This document shows, one piece after another, positions 1-8,788 of a stretch of 32,000 nucleotides of DNA. Source of the stretch: Psychrobacter cryohalolentis K5 (GTDB taxonomy: Bacteria > Pseudomonadota > Gammaproteobacteria > Pseudomonadales > Moraxellaceae); assembly GCF_000013905.1 (NCBI RefSeq), contig NC_007969.1:2550001-2582000 (forward strand). The letters are read 5' to 3'. Position numbers and translations under genes: made by a program. Positions within the stretch are counted from its first letter, which is position 1; each line of letters begins with the position of its first letter. Below the pieces are notes generated by a model that was not told where the DNA came from, ran no database searches, and saw only the letters and a program-made list of their open reading frames with translations.

Positions 1-132
1 TTGCTTACGATAACGATGATGAATACCGACGAATGTTGCCGTACCAAGCGCTGTCAATAATGAGGTTATCAGCAGTTCACGGCTAAACGGTTTTGCTTTT
101 AGCGCATCCGACTCCCTATAATTTTTACTCAC
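1..132 (-). CDS. 5' end of a DUF1513-like periplasmic protein gene (partial, runs off the window). Possible GTG start at 132.
   Basis: Reverse-strand reading gives VSKNYRESDALKAKPFSRELLITSLLTALGTATFVGIHHRYRKQ..., open to the window edge. SRELL followed by a hydrophobic stretch resembles a degenerate Tat or signal peptide. The position after imelysin / DUF1111 / imelysin-like fits the conserved four-gene cluster, whose fourth gene is DUF1513. Too short for a motif-level call. Confidence 0.3.
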   Translation of the reverse strand, partial: MSKNYRESDALKAKPFSRELLITSLLTALGTATFVGIHHRYRKQ

Positions 133-168
133 TAAGACCTTTTGACTCGCTTTGATAATAGCCATTAT

Positions 169-1332
169 TTAATCACCGTCGTTACTGTTAAAGCCGACAC
201 GGAGACCAAGTGCCGGAATCAATTGACGCTTAATTAAGCGCGTAACGTTAGTAAGATGATCATATAATTCTTGCTGCTTGGCTTTATCGGCAGTGGCTAA
301 ATCTTCTGGCATTTGTGCCAATAACGTAGTGGTATCAGCGAGCGCAGTCGATAGATTGTCAGCCACGTTATTTTCACTGTTGCTGCCCAAGATAGCAGTC
401 AGTACCGGATCGGTCATGGCTTTATTTAAAGTCGCTAATTTTGCATTGATAATCGCGCGGCTTTGCTCTGCGGTCGCAGCAGGTAGATGACCTTTGGCTT
501 TACCGCTCAAGCCTAATGGCTGATCAATGGCGTTAGATTTCATCGTCTCAACCAACGACAGTAGGGAATTAATCCATTCGTTCAATCCTTGGTCGCTCTC
601 AACAGTTTTATCAATTGCTAATAGCTTAGTCGCATTTTGTTGCCAGTTTTTCTCAATAGCTTTTAAGCGTGTGCTCAGCGCACTACTCGCGCTTATAACA
701 TACGCACACTGACCAGCGTCCAAGCTGTCATTGGCATAAAGCACCTCTTCTAAACCGGGCACACCTTGGACAACGGCACTTTCATTAGCAAGTTGTTCAG
801 CGGTCAGTTTTGGATTGGCAGCGATAAGATCCGCCACTCCGCTATGTACCAAGCCGCGCTCGTCAGGGTAATAATTGATATAAAGATTACTCATACTGGC
901 GGTCGCAGGACCGAAGTTGACCATTTCAGCACTTGCCCATGCTTGTGCCAATACTAGCCACTGGTCACGTAGCGCTTGCAATTCATCACCGTTGACTGGC
1001 GCTTGTTGACAATGTTTTTGTGCCAAATCATGCAACAAATCACTTTGTTTCGCCGCGTCAGCGTAAGCAGGTATGACAATCTCATTGGCTACATGGGTCA
1101 AATAGGTCTTTTCAGTCTCAGCACTGATATCGACAGCGACTATTTTTTCAACATTCTTATCTGTATTGCCATCAACCGCAGAATTTTCGCCAGCTTTCGG
1201 CTCAGCACTGTCTTGTGCAACTTGGCGATCTACTTCAGCCGCTTTATTGTCATCAGCAGGTTTGACGCAACTAATAAGTATGCCAGCACTTAATGCCGAG
1301 AGCGCCATTGCTAGCGCATGGTTTATTTTCAT
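169..1332 (-). CDS. Imelysin-like (IrpA-like) periplasmic lipoprotein; paralogue lacking the HxxE metal motif
   Basis: 387 aa ORF. The N-terminus MKINHALAMALSALSAGILISC has a lipobox. At the position where imelysins carry G-x-H-x-x-E it reads VQGVPGLEEVLYAND, so the His is absent. It sits directly downstream of a DUF1111 gene and an imelysin gene, as in the conserved cluster. Confidence 0.7.
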   Translation of the reverse strand: MKINHALAMALSALSAGILISCVKPADDNKAAEVDRQVAQDSAEPKAGENSAVDGNTDKNVEKIVAVDISAETEKTYLTHVANEIVIPAYADAAKQSDLLHDLAQKHCQQAPVNGDELQALRDQWLVLAQAWASAEMVNFGPATASMSNLYINYYPDERGLVHSGVADLIAANPKLTAEQLANESAVVQGVPGLEEVLYANDSLDAGQCAYVISASSALSTRLKAIEKNWQQNATKLLAIDKTVESDQGLNEWINSLLSLVETMKSNAIDQPLGLSGKAKGHLPAATAEQSRAIINAKLATLNKAMTDPVLTAILGSNSENNVADNLSTALADTTTLLAQMPEDLATADKAKQQELYDHLTNVTRLIKRQLIPALGLRVGFNSNDGD

Positions 1333-1453
1333 AGATTTCTCAGTAATATTATCAATCGTTATCGTCGAGTATCAGTATCACAGTGATAGAGCCGTCAGGC
1401 GGATAACCTTATCTATCTGTCATTGAAAGATTAAAAAATACACAGTCAGACGC

Positions 1454-3136
1454 TTATAATGACTGTAAAAACGCACTCAATTCAGTACGTCCTTGTTTAT
1501 CAAGCATCAGCACTTTTTGCTGCTGTTTTTTTGCTTCGCCGCCATGCCATAATACCGCTTCCATCAGCGTGCGGGCACGTCCATCATGTAAAAACGTCGC
1601 TTGCGGATCAACGGTTTGGGCAAGTCCAATTCCCCATAAAGCCGGCGTACGCCACTCATAAGAATTGGCTAAAAACTCAACTTGCCAATTTTTTGGCGGC
1701 AGTTTGCCAGCGATAGTGCGATCCGCAAGCTCATCACCCATGTCATGTAACAGCAGATCTGTATAAGGATAAATCACTTGTCCATGCTGCTCAAGATGAT
1801 CATCAGCGGTTTTTGGTAGCTGATATCTTGGCGTATGGCAGCTTTGACAACCCATATCATAAAAGCGTTTTTTGCCTGCTAATACCAATTTATCCTCTGC
1901 ATTACGGCGGTGCGGTACTGCCAAATTGCGCGTATAAAATTCTACAAATTTTGCCACTTCATCGTTGACTTCAACCGCAGGCTTACCATTGCCTTGCTCA
2001 TCTGCGCCCGTTATCGCATTCTTACAAGCGGTTTGCGCTGGCATGCAGGATTCATGTGGACGGATATTTGAAGTTAAACCCATGTCTTCATTAAAGGCGC
2101 TTTGATTTTGAGTAATCAGCTTGGTTTGCCCTGCTTTCCAGCCAAAGCGACCTAAGGCAACTTTACCCGTTTGTGGATCCATGACCCAGTTAAATTTACC
2201 CTTAATATCATTGCTGTTTTTATGATTGCTAGCCGCTTGTTTTTTAATATCCGCATCGGGTATTTGTTCGAGTAGCCCAAGCCCAATCATAGGTAAAGCA
2301 ACACGTGGCGATATCATCATCTCATCATCCAACGCACCATACCCTGGATTGGTCAAGTTAAAAGTTGGTGCGCGCAAGGTTTCGATATGTCCATCGGCAA
2401 ATGTAACTGGTTTATCTGTCCACTGCACGGCAATTCTTGCTTCTGCTGGCACGCCTTGAATACCGCGATCTTGCAATTGACCACCATACATAGGATGAGC
2501 AATTTTCTCAATAAGTGAATCTTTTAACTGCTGACGCTGTTCATCCGTGGTCGCTGGCATCGCCAAACGAATCAGAAAACTATCGGCATCGTCCTCAGCA
2601 GTCATAGGAGCATGACCACGACCGTCTTTGACATGGCATGACTGGCAGGCAGCGACGTTAAATAACGCACCAAGACCATCACGGCTATCCGTACTGGCAG
2701 GCGCAATCACCCACGGCTGGCGGAAAAACGCATTACCAATAAAGAACGAGCCTTTGCGAGATGCGGTAATGTTCGATGAAGGTTTAGAGTAGCTCTCACT
2801 ACTAGTAACACTAATTCCAGTATCACCGCCTTGCTTGATTTCTTGCGGATCAAAGCTTGCAAGCTGCTGCATAGGTACGCCAGCCAGCGCCTCAATCGTC
2901 TGAGTACGCTCAGAGTCCAGCAATTCAAATTCAACGCCTTCCGAATTTGGTTGGTCTTTGTTGGCTGCGTTATCATCTTTGACAGGCTGACAAGCACTGA
3001 GTGACAAGACACCCACTAATACCAGTGATAATGTAAATGGCGCAGACATGCCGACAGAGGCAGTTTTAAACTGGGATATAAGAGAAGAATGGAGTATGGG
3101 GCGTGGTTTGCTGATAAAACCTTTCTTGACGTGCAT
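1454..3136 (-). CDS. DUF1111-family di-haem cytochrome c protein (putative thiol oxidoreductase / peroxidase-like), probable lipoprotein
   Basis: Two CxxCH haem-binding motifs: CQSCHVKDGRGH and CQSCHTPRY. The true start is more likely the internal ATG at 3049, giving MSAPFTLSLVLVGVLSLSAC, a signal peptide plus lipobox. Flanked by two imelysin-family genes. Confidence 0.85.
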   Translation of the reverse strand: MHVKKGFISKPRPILHSSLISQFKTASVGMSAPFTLSLVLVGVLSLSACQPVKDDNAANKDQPNSEGVEFELLDSERTQTIEALAGVPMQQLASFDPQEIKQGGDTGISVTSSESYSKPSSNITASRKGSFFIGNAFFRQPWVIAPASTDSRDGLGALFNVAACQSCHVKDGRGHAPMTAEDDADSFLIRLAMPATTDEQRQQLKDSLIEKIAHPMYGGQLQDRGIQGVPAEARIAVQWTDKPVTFADGHIETLRAPTFNLTNPGYGALDDEMMISPRVALPMIGLGLLEQIPDADIKKQAASNHKNSNDIKGKFNWVMDPQTGKVALGRFGWKAGQTKLITQNQSAFNEDMGLTSNIRPHESCMPAQTACKNAITGADEQGNGKPAVEVNDEVAKFVEFYTRNLAVPHRRNAEDKLVLAGKKRFYDMGCQSCHTPRYQLPKTADDHLEQHGQVIYPYTDLLLHDMGDELADRTIAGKLPPKNWQVEFLANSYEWRTPALWGIGLAQTVDPQATFLHDGRARTLMEAVLWHGGEAKKQQQKVLMLDKQGRTELSAFLQSL

Positions 3137-3251
3137 AGAGTACCTTAGTTCTGGTATAGAACCATTAAAATCGCATGCTATAAAATTTTTTATTGCTAGT
3201 CGATAAGTGGCAGCAGCACGCTGATTTATCTGGCTATTTTAATACGCTATG

Positions 3252-3288
3252 AAAAAACACGTTGCCAACCAAAATTGACAACGTGTTT
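3252..3288 (-). terminator. Rho-independent terminator-like hairpin between the imelysin and DUF1111 genes
   Basis: Arms 3255-3264 (aaacacgttg) and 3279-3288 (caacgtgttt) form a perfect 10 bp stem with a 14 nt loop. On the minus-strand RNA the stem runs into a U tract. Confidence 0.5.
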
Positions 3289-3415
3289 ATTATACATAAC
3301 TTATTTTTTTATGAAAATAAGTCTCATTCACTGTTAGCGACTCATTAGGCATTATCGATCAATGCTATGTCAATCACTGCTATGCTTGCTGTTAAGACAG
3401 TAGATTAGTGAGCAA

Positions 3416-4864
3416 TTAAAACTGCGAACCTGCATCTGCATCTAAATTGTCAATACCGACGGCTTTTGCGGCATTTTCAATACCAGCTGTCAGCTCTTGC
3501 AAACTTGTGATACTAGTTTCAATCCAACCGCGACGCTTGTTTTGCTCTTCAGCAGAAACACCATGTTTACTCGCCTGTCCTACAGTGGCAATCATCTGAT
3601 CAATCTTGATATTTTCTTTTTCACCTTTTTCAACAATGACATTAAAGGCGGCTTCTACTTTTGCAAAATCAGCAGCCAATTTATCAGCAGCTTCAGTATT
3701 TCCTGTATCGATAAGATAGTTTTTCAGTCCATAACCACCTACGGTTTTGCCCGCGACTGTTTTGTAACTACCATTAAAGACATTCTGGATACCGCGAGCG
3801 TTATTGGCATAGCTTAAGTGTGTCAAGTCACTAAAACACTCATGCTCATCTTCAGTAGATCCAGTGACGAACGCTACTTGGATGCGCTGAGAGGCAAGCT
3901 CCCCAAGTGCTAAGCTGCCCATTTGATACATAATTTGGCGCAAACTATTGCTATCCCTACGTGCCATCATGTCGCTACGCAAGGTGTTTTCACTGTCAGG
4001 TTGCCACTGCGCTTCCATCGCGGTCAAATCATCAACCAGTAGTTGAGTTGCTGCTTTTAGATACTGTCCGCGGCGCTCACAGATACTAGCCTCAGGATTG
4101 ACACTCTCGCCGCTAGTGCATTGACCGTCAGTCATTAGATAATCACTGAACGGGCGGTTGCCAGCACCTTCAGCGACGCCATTGGTATCTTGACCCCATA
4201 GCATAAACTCAATAGCATGGTAGCCTGTGGTCACATTGGATTCACTACCACCAATCTCATTCATCTCTGCGAGCAGCTCAGGCGTGATGGTACTGGTATC
4301 TTGCTTGAGGCTACCAACGCTAATGCTATCGCTATTAATGATGTTGTCTTTACTATTGTACTCGCCTTCATAGTCAGCGCTTACGTAGTCAATCAATGCT
4401 TCATCTAAAGGCCAAGCATTCACCTGCCCCTCCCAGCTGTCCGTACTACCAATATTACGATTGTCGTTGGCAGTCACAAAACCTTCATCGAATCTAAATA
4501 CTTCAGTCTGTGAGTATGGCTGGCGCGCGGCTTTATAAGCGGCTTTTGCAGCATCCAAGTTTGCTTGCGTTGGTGTTTCTACATAAGTATTGACGGCGCT
4601 CTGTAAAAGCTTTGCCATCTCTAACGAATCTTTGTATGCAGCATGTGCCATATCCGCATAACTGATAAGCAAGCGATCCATATGAGCTTTATCAGCAGCT
4701 GATGAAGTTTTGCTAGCTGTTTTCTCTGCGGTTTCAACTGGTACATCTGTGGTCGCTTTTTCATCAGACTGTTTGCTACAACCTGATACCATCAATATAC
4801 CTGTCAGTGCAGCAGCTAAAGTAGTCGGTAAGATTTTACGGCTTGTCACTGTCGTGATATTCAT
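3416..4864 (-). CDS. Imelysin (peptidase M75 / insulin-cleaving membrane protease-like) lipoprotein
   Basis: 482 aa. Signal peptide and lipobox in ...LTGILMVSGCSK. Imelysin signature TTGYHAIEFMLWGQD (G-x-H-x-x-E). First gene of the imelysin / DUF1111 / imelysin-like cluster. Confidence 0.8.
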   Translation of the reverse strand: MNITTVTSRKILPTTLAAALTGILMVSGCSKQSDEKATTDVPVETAEKTASKTSSAADKAHMDRLLISYADMAHAAYKDSLEMAKLLQSAVNTYVETPTQANLDAAKAAYKAARQPYSQTEVFRFDEGFVTANDNRNIGSTDSWEGQVNAWPLDEALIDYVSADYEGEYNSKDNIINSDSISVGSLKQDTSTITPELLAEMNEIGGSESNVTTGYHAIEFMLWGQDTNGVAEGAGNRPFSDYLMTDGQCTSGESVNPEASICERRGQYLKAATQLLVDDLTAMEAQWQPDSENTLRSDMMARRDSNSLRQIMYQMGSLALGELASQRIQVAFVTGSTEDEHECFSDLTHLSYANNARGIQNVFNGSYKTVAGKTVGGYGLKNYLIDTGNTEAADKLAADFAKVEAAFNVIVEKGEKENIKIDQMIATVGQASKHGVSAEEQNKRRGWIETSITSLQELTAGIENAAKAVGIDNLDADAGSQF

Positions 4865-5059
4865 AGATTTCCTTGATGGGCTGCAAAATAAAGAAGAGAT
4901 AAGATAAATCTTTCACATCGATACTAGTAATGAAAATAGGCGAAACCAGCACTGTATCGGGCATTGAAACAGCTTGATTATAGATAATAGCAATTATCAG
5001 TTTGCTATTAAAAACTGAAAAAATAGCTATCCGCAAAATAAATGCATGGGAATTATAAT

Positions 5060-5080
5060 GTTATTGATAACTATTATCAA
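5060..5080. promoter_or_regulatory. Candidate Fur box upstream of the imelysin cluster
   Basis: gttattgataactattatc (5060-5078) matches the 19-bp Fur consensus GATAATGATAATCATTATC at 15 of 19 positions by hand alignment. It contains the perfect inverted repeat TTGATAA-cta-TTATCAA (5064-5080). It lies about 200 bp upstream of the start at 4864. Confidence 0.35.
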
Positions 5081-5112
5081 ATATAATTTCTTAATGAGAG
5101 ACAAAATTCAAG

Positions 5113-5147
5113 CCAAAAAAAAGGCCAGCTTTATGCTGACCTTTTTT
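5113..5147 (-). terminator. Rho-independent terminator after the OmpA-family gene (A-run and T-run flanked, potentially bidirectional)
   Basis: aaaaaaaaggccagc-tttat-gctgaccttttttc. The 9-bp stem has one mismatch. On the minus-strand RNA it is followed by a run of about 8 U, and it lies about 30 bp after the stop at 5178. Confidence 0.6.
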
Positions 5148-5177
5148 CGATATTAAATATTAGCTAATCATTTAAAA

Positions 5178-5831
5178 TTAACGAACGCTTTGTGGTGCGT
5201 TAACTGTCAGCTCAACACGGCGGTTCTGTTGACGACCAAATTCGCTATTGTTATCAGCAACAGGACGTGACTCGCCATAAGCAACAACATTGATACGGTT
5301 AGATGCTACGCCACGCGCACTTAAGTAGTTCGCTACTGCATAAGCACGGTCACGTGATAACTTCATGTTATAAGCATCAGTACCTTTACTGTCTGTATGA
5401 CCAGCAATAGTAATGGTGTTTTGGTTATACTCATTCATTGTCGCAGCAAGTTTATCAAGCGTTGGCTTAAATGAGTTGTTCAAAGTCGCATCATCAAACG
5501 AGAAAGTGATGCTACCCGGCATAACCAGATCAATGTTGCCGTTAGCGTTTGGCTTAACCGTTACGCCAGTACCAGCCATTTGTTGCTCAAGCTGACGAGC
5601 TTGACGCTCCATATAGTAACCAACGCCAGCACCTAATGCAGCACCAATAGCAGCATCACGACCAGTTTTATCACCACCAGTAGCTTTTGAGATAGTCGCA
5701 CCACCTGCAGCACCAGCTAGAGCGCCGATAGCAGACTTGTTAAGACGTTGTTGTCCAGTGTTAGGATCAGTGACACAACCGGTAAGAGCCAAACCTGAAG
5801 CGATTGCTGCAACCATTAATGTATTACGCAT
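5178..5831 (-). CDS. OmpA-family lipoprotein (glycine-zipper N-terminal region plus OmpA-like peptidoglycan-binding C-terminal domain)
   Basis: Lipobox in MRNTLMVAAIASGLALTGC. Gly/Ala-rich zipper GALAGAAGGATISKATGG...GAALGAGVGYY. OmpA_C signature ITIAGHTDSKGTDAYNMKLSRDRAYAVANYL...NRRVEL. Confidence 0.85.
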   Translation of the reverse strand: MRNTLMVAAIASGLALTGCVTDPNTGQQRLNKSAIGALAGAAGGATISKATGGDKTGRDAAIGAALGAGVGYYMERQARQLEQQMAGTGVTVKPNANGNIDLVMPGSITFSFDDATLNNSFKPTLDKLAATMNEYNQNTITIAGHTDSKGTDAYNMKLSRDRAYAVANYLSARGVASNRINVVAYGESRPVADNNSEFGRQQNRRVELTVNAPQSVR

Positions 5832-6437
5832 AATATGTCCTCTTAAGTTGAAAAAATAATCGTACTTTTATAAAAGACGCTAACGACAAATTAGCCATTA
5901 ACTATATTGTTTGGGTGTTTATCGACACTAAAAGTATTATGGCAATCTCATTCTAATTCTGTGTAATATTTTGTCACATCTATGTATGAGAAGTGCATAA
6001 GTGTTGATAAATACGATTTTATTAAATGCATAATTTGCTATCGTAAGTCACGTTTACAGCCGTACACTCTATTTTTTTCTGCTAAAATCACTCAGCAACA
6101 TTACAAGAATAAAAGTAAGGTTCTTATCACTTAAACGCTCTTTTATTAACAGCCAGTGCGAAAATCTAAATATGAAATCACTCTACATAGAATAATCTTT
6201 ACTTATCAAAGCTTTATCTATAAAAGGCTGCCGTTAACTATTAATGTTAGCAGTATTTGTAGGCTAAGTGAATATGACTATACTATCAAGAGTCTAGCAA
6301 AGTCAAAATGCGTAAAAATAAGACTTATTATGTGTTGTCCTATTGCCTGCAAGCTAAGTCTTTGAGGCTATGTAGTGTTAGAAATACTTAAAACATACTA
6401 TTGATATATTTGTAAAACTAACAGAGAGGAATGGGTC

Positions 6438-7406
6438 ATGCGCTTAAACGCCACCATGCAAAAACTCCATCAGCGTGCCCCTAAATTGGGCAAAGCGGTT
6501 TCGCTAGCAACGGCAACGGGTGTCATTGCTGCCAATAGCTTTGGTGGTAGTATTCCCTTGTGGTTGATGGGTATGGGCAAGATTATCACTGGCGCCCCTA
6601 TTGCAGATCAAACAGTGATTAAAATTACCAATCACTGGATTAGTAGTAACAATGCCTTAATAAAAAACCTCTTACCAAGAAAAGATTGGCGTATCACGCT
6701 ACCTGATGATGTACATGTGCATGGCAAATATTTGCTCGTCAGCAACCATCAGTCTTGGGTTGATACCAGTATTGTGCAGTACATTAGCGAAAAACGCTTA
6801 CCCCTCACGCGATTTTTTACGAAATTTGAGCTGATTTATATCCCGATTGTTGGTCAGGCTTTTTACTTCTTAGATTTTCCGATGATGCGTCGTCACTCTA
6901 AAGAAGCGGTTGCCAAAAACCCTGCTTTAAAAGGTAAAGATATCGAAGAGGCAAAGCGTGCTTGCGCGTTATTACAAGACAAACCCTTTACCTTGCTGAA
7001 CTATTTAGAAGGCACACGCTTTACCAAAGAAAAGCATAATAAGCAAAACTCGCCTTATACCCATCTGCTAAAACCAAGAGCTGGCGGTTTATCGCTGGCG
7101 ATTAGTGCTTTAGGTGAACACATCGATGGTATCTTAGATATGACCATTGTCTATCCTGATGGGGTACCAACTTACGGGGATTTGTGGAAAGGCAATATCA
7201 AGCGCTTAGGCGTTGATGTGCGCTATCTTGAAATACCTGATGATTTATTTTCTGGAATCAAAGAAGGTGGCTATGAAAACGATGAGGATATAAAAGCACA
7301 AATGTTTGATTGGGTAGAGCATGTTTGGCAACAAAAAGATCAGCGTATCACCACTATGTTGGCTGAGTTTGAAACCAATCCTAAGGTTGACAATTCGAGC
7401 AATTAA
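6438..7406 (+). CDS. Acyltransferase, PlsC/YihG (lysophospholipid acyltransferase) family
   Basis: HX4D catalytic motif NHQSWVD and the downstream block YLEGTRF, both typical of glycerolipid acyltransferases. GAGAGG lies 8 nt upstream of the ATG. Confidence 0.8.
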   Translation: MRLNATMQKLHQRAPKLGKAVSLATATGVIAANSFGGSIPLWLMGMGKIITGAPIADQTVIKITNHWISSNNALIKNLLPRKDWRITLPDDVHVHGKYLLVSNHQSWVDTSIVQYISEKRLPLTRFFTKFELIYIPIVGQAFYFLDFPMMRRHSKEAVAKNPALKGKDIEEAKRACALLQDKPFTLLNYLEGTRFTKEKHNKQNSPYTHLLKPRAGGLSLAISALGEHIDGILDMTIVYPDGVPTYGDLWKGNIKRLGVDVRYLEIPDDLFSGIKEGGYENDEDIKAQMFDWVEHVWQQKDQRITTMLAEFETNPKVDNSSN

Positions 7407-7586
7407 ATGACAGGATTCTTTGAAAGAATATAAATGGCAAAATACCAAATTATAATGGTTGATGGCTTGTTTTTTGGCGTTATTCATTGATAATGTGAAT
7501 GACCGTTAGAACGCTGTGTTGATTTTGTTGTGATTGGTGTAATACTTCTCATGACTGCTGCCATTTATTACTTATAAGGACTGACT

Positions 7587-8702
7587 GTGCCCGCCTCTTC
7601 CACTACTCGCCCGCCCATAGAGTCAACGTCCACGCTCAATCAGTCCTTAGCAGGGTCAGAGCCACCAACAGGGTCACCAGAGACTCCGCCTTCAAGACCA
7701 AATCGTCCTAAACCAAATCGTTTAAAGCTTACTTATGATATCGTGATGATTATCGCCATCAGTATTGATTTATTGGTTATCAGTACTGATGCTATTTTGA
7801 TGAGTAGTTTTAGTAGTGACGCGGCAAACTGGCTTGGAATTTCCAATCAATTAATCTGGTATCAAAGTAATATCCATGACTCATTACGTACCGTGGGCGG
7901 CTTTTTTACCTTGTTTTTGATTGCAGAGCTGCTATTACGCTGGGCGATTGCCATCAAAGAAAAAATCTATTACCGCTGGTTCTTTTTTCCTTTTGTGCAT
8001 TGGTACGAGGTATTAGGCTGTTTTCCGCAATTGCGTGCGCTGCGATTATTTCGCGTTGTTATTATCGGACAACGCCTATATCAACTAGGCTATCAAGTAT
8101 TGCCTCAGCCATGGATCAATAGAATCAACTTCTATATCGATGTAGTATTAGAGGAGTTGTCTGACCGCGTTATTTTAACGACCATTCAGACCTTTCGGCA
8201 AGAGCTTACTGATCCGAAGAGGCAAAAATCGTTTATCGACTCTACCATCTCGCGCAATCGTGATGAGATTGAAGCCGCTATATTGTCACTACTGCGTAAA
8301 GAGATGACACCAAAACTACAAGCTCTAACTGAGTCAGCAGGTGGCGGCGCTATTATCGCTAGTGAAGTGGGCAATGCGATCCAAGATGGGCTTGCCAATA
8401 CGCCAGAATTGCGCCGCTATCTGCGTATGATACCTATTGCGGGTAGCTTGATTGAATCACAGCTACAGCATGTGGGGCAAAATATTGGTGAAAATGTGGT
8501 TTATGCGCTCAACGAGCGTCTGCTTGACGCCGAACGCCTTGACGCATTGATGGTCGCTATCGCTAGTGGTATCGCTCAAATCGATACAGACAATCCGGCA
8601 TTAGACCATCTCATTGCTAGCATTATCGATGATGGTCTGACAGAATTTGAAGCGCAAATAAAAGTTCAACAGTGGAAGCATCAAGACTTGCTTAAATTAT
8701 AG
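7587..8702 (+). CDS. Membrane protein with an S1-S4 voltage-sensor-like domain and an uncharacterised C-terminal cytoplasmic domain of about 200 aa (no pore domain)
   Basis: GTG start preceded by AAGGA. Pro/Ser/Thr-rich N-terminus followed by four hydrophobic helices. The S2-like helix is FLIAELLLRW, the S3-like helix is FFPFVHWYEVLGCFP, and the S4-like helix LRALRLFRVVIIGQR has Arg at every third position. No S5-P-S6 follows. See findings. Confidence 0.7.
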   Translation: MPASSTTRPPIESTSTLNQSLAGSEPPTGSPETPPSRPNRPKPNRLKLTYDIVMIIAISIDLLVISTDAILMSSFSSDAANWLGISNQLIWYQSNIHDSLRTVGGFFTLFLIAELLLRWAIAIKEKIYYRWFFFPFVHWYEVLGCFPQLRALRLFRVVIIGQRLYQLGYQVLPQPWINRINFYIDVVLEELSDRVILTTIQTFRQELTDPKRQKSFIDSTISRNRDEIEAAILSLLRKEMTPKLQALTESAGGGAIIASEVGNAIQDGLANTPELRRYLRMIPIAGSLIESQLQHVGQNIGENVVYALNERLLDAERLDALMVAIASGIAQIDTDNPALDHLIASIIDDGLTEFEAQIKVQQWKHQDLLKL

Positions 8703-8788
8703 AATCTTTAAAGCTTTAAAATAATGATTTGATAAGAAAAATATCACCACGAATATAGCATTACGATTACCTTTTGAGGATGTAGATT

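Noticed and set aside
2707-3012. 101-aa same-strand alternative-frame ORF within the DUF1111 gene, and similar short ORFs within the imelysin genes.
   Set aside because: They are embedded in longer ORFs that carry family motifs (CxxCH twice, HxxE). Nothing indicates genuine overlapping genes.
6156-6365. 69-aa ORF in the OmpA-acyltransferase intergenic region.
   Set aside because: It has a non-ATG start and no Shine-Dalgarno sequence. Its composition simply reflects AT-rich intergenic DNA (Ile/Lys/Tyr/Cys-rich), and it has no recognisable motif.
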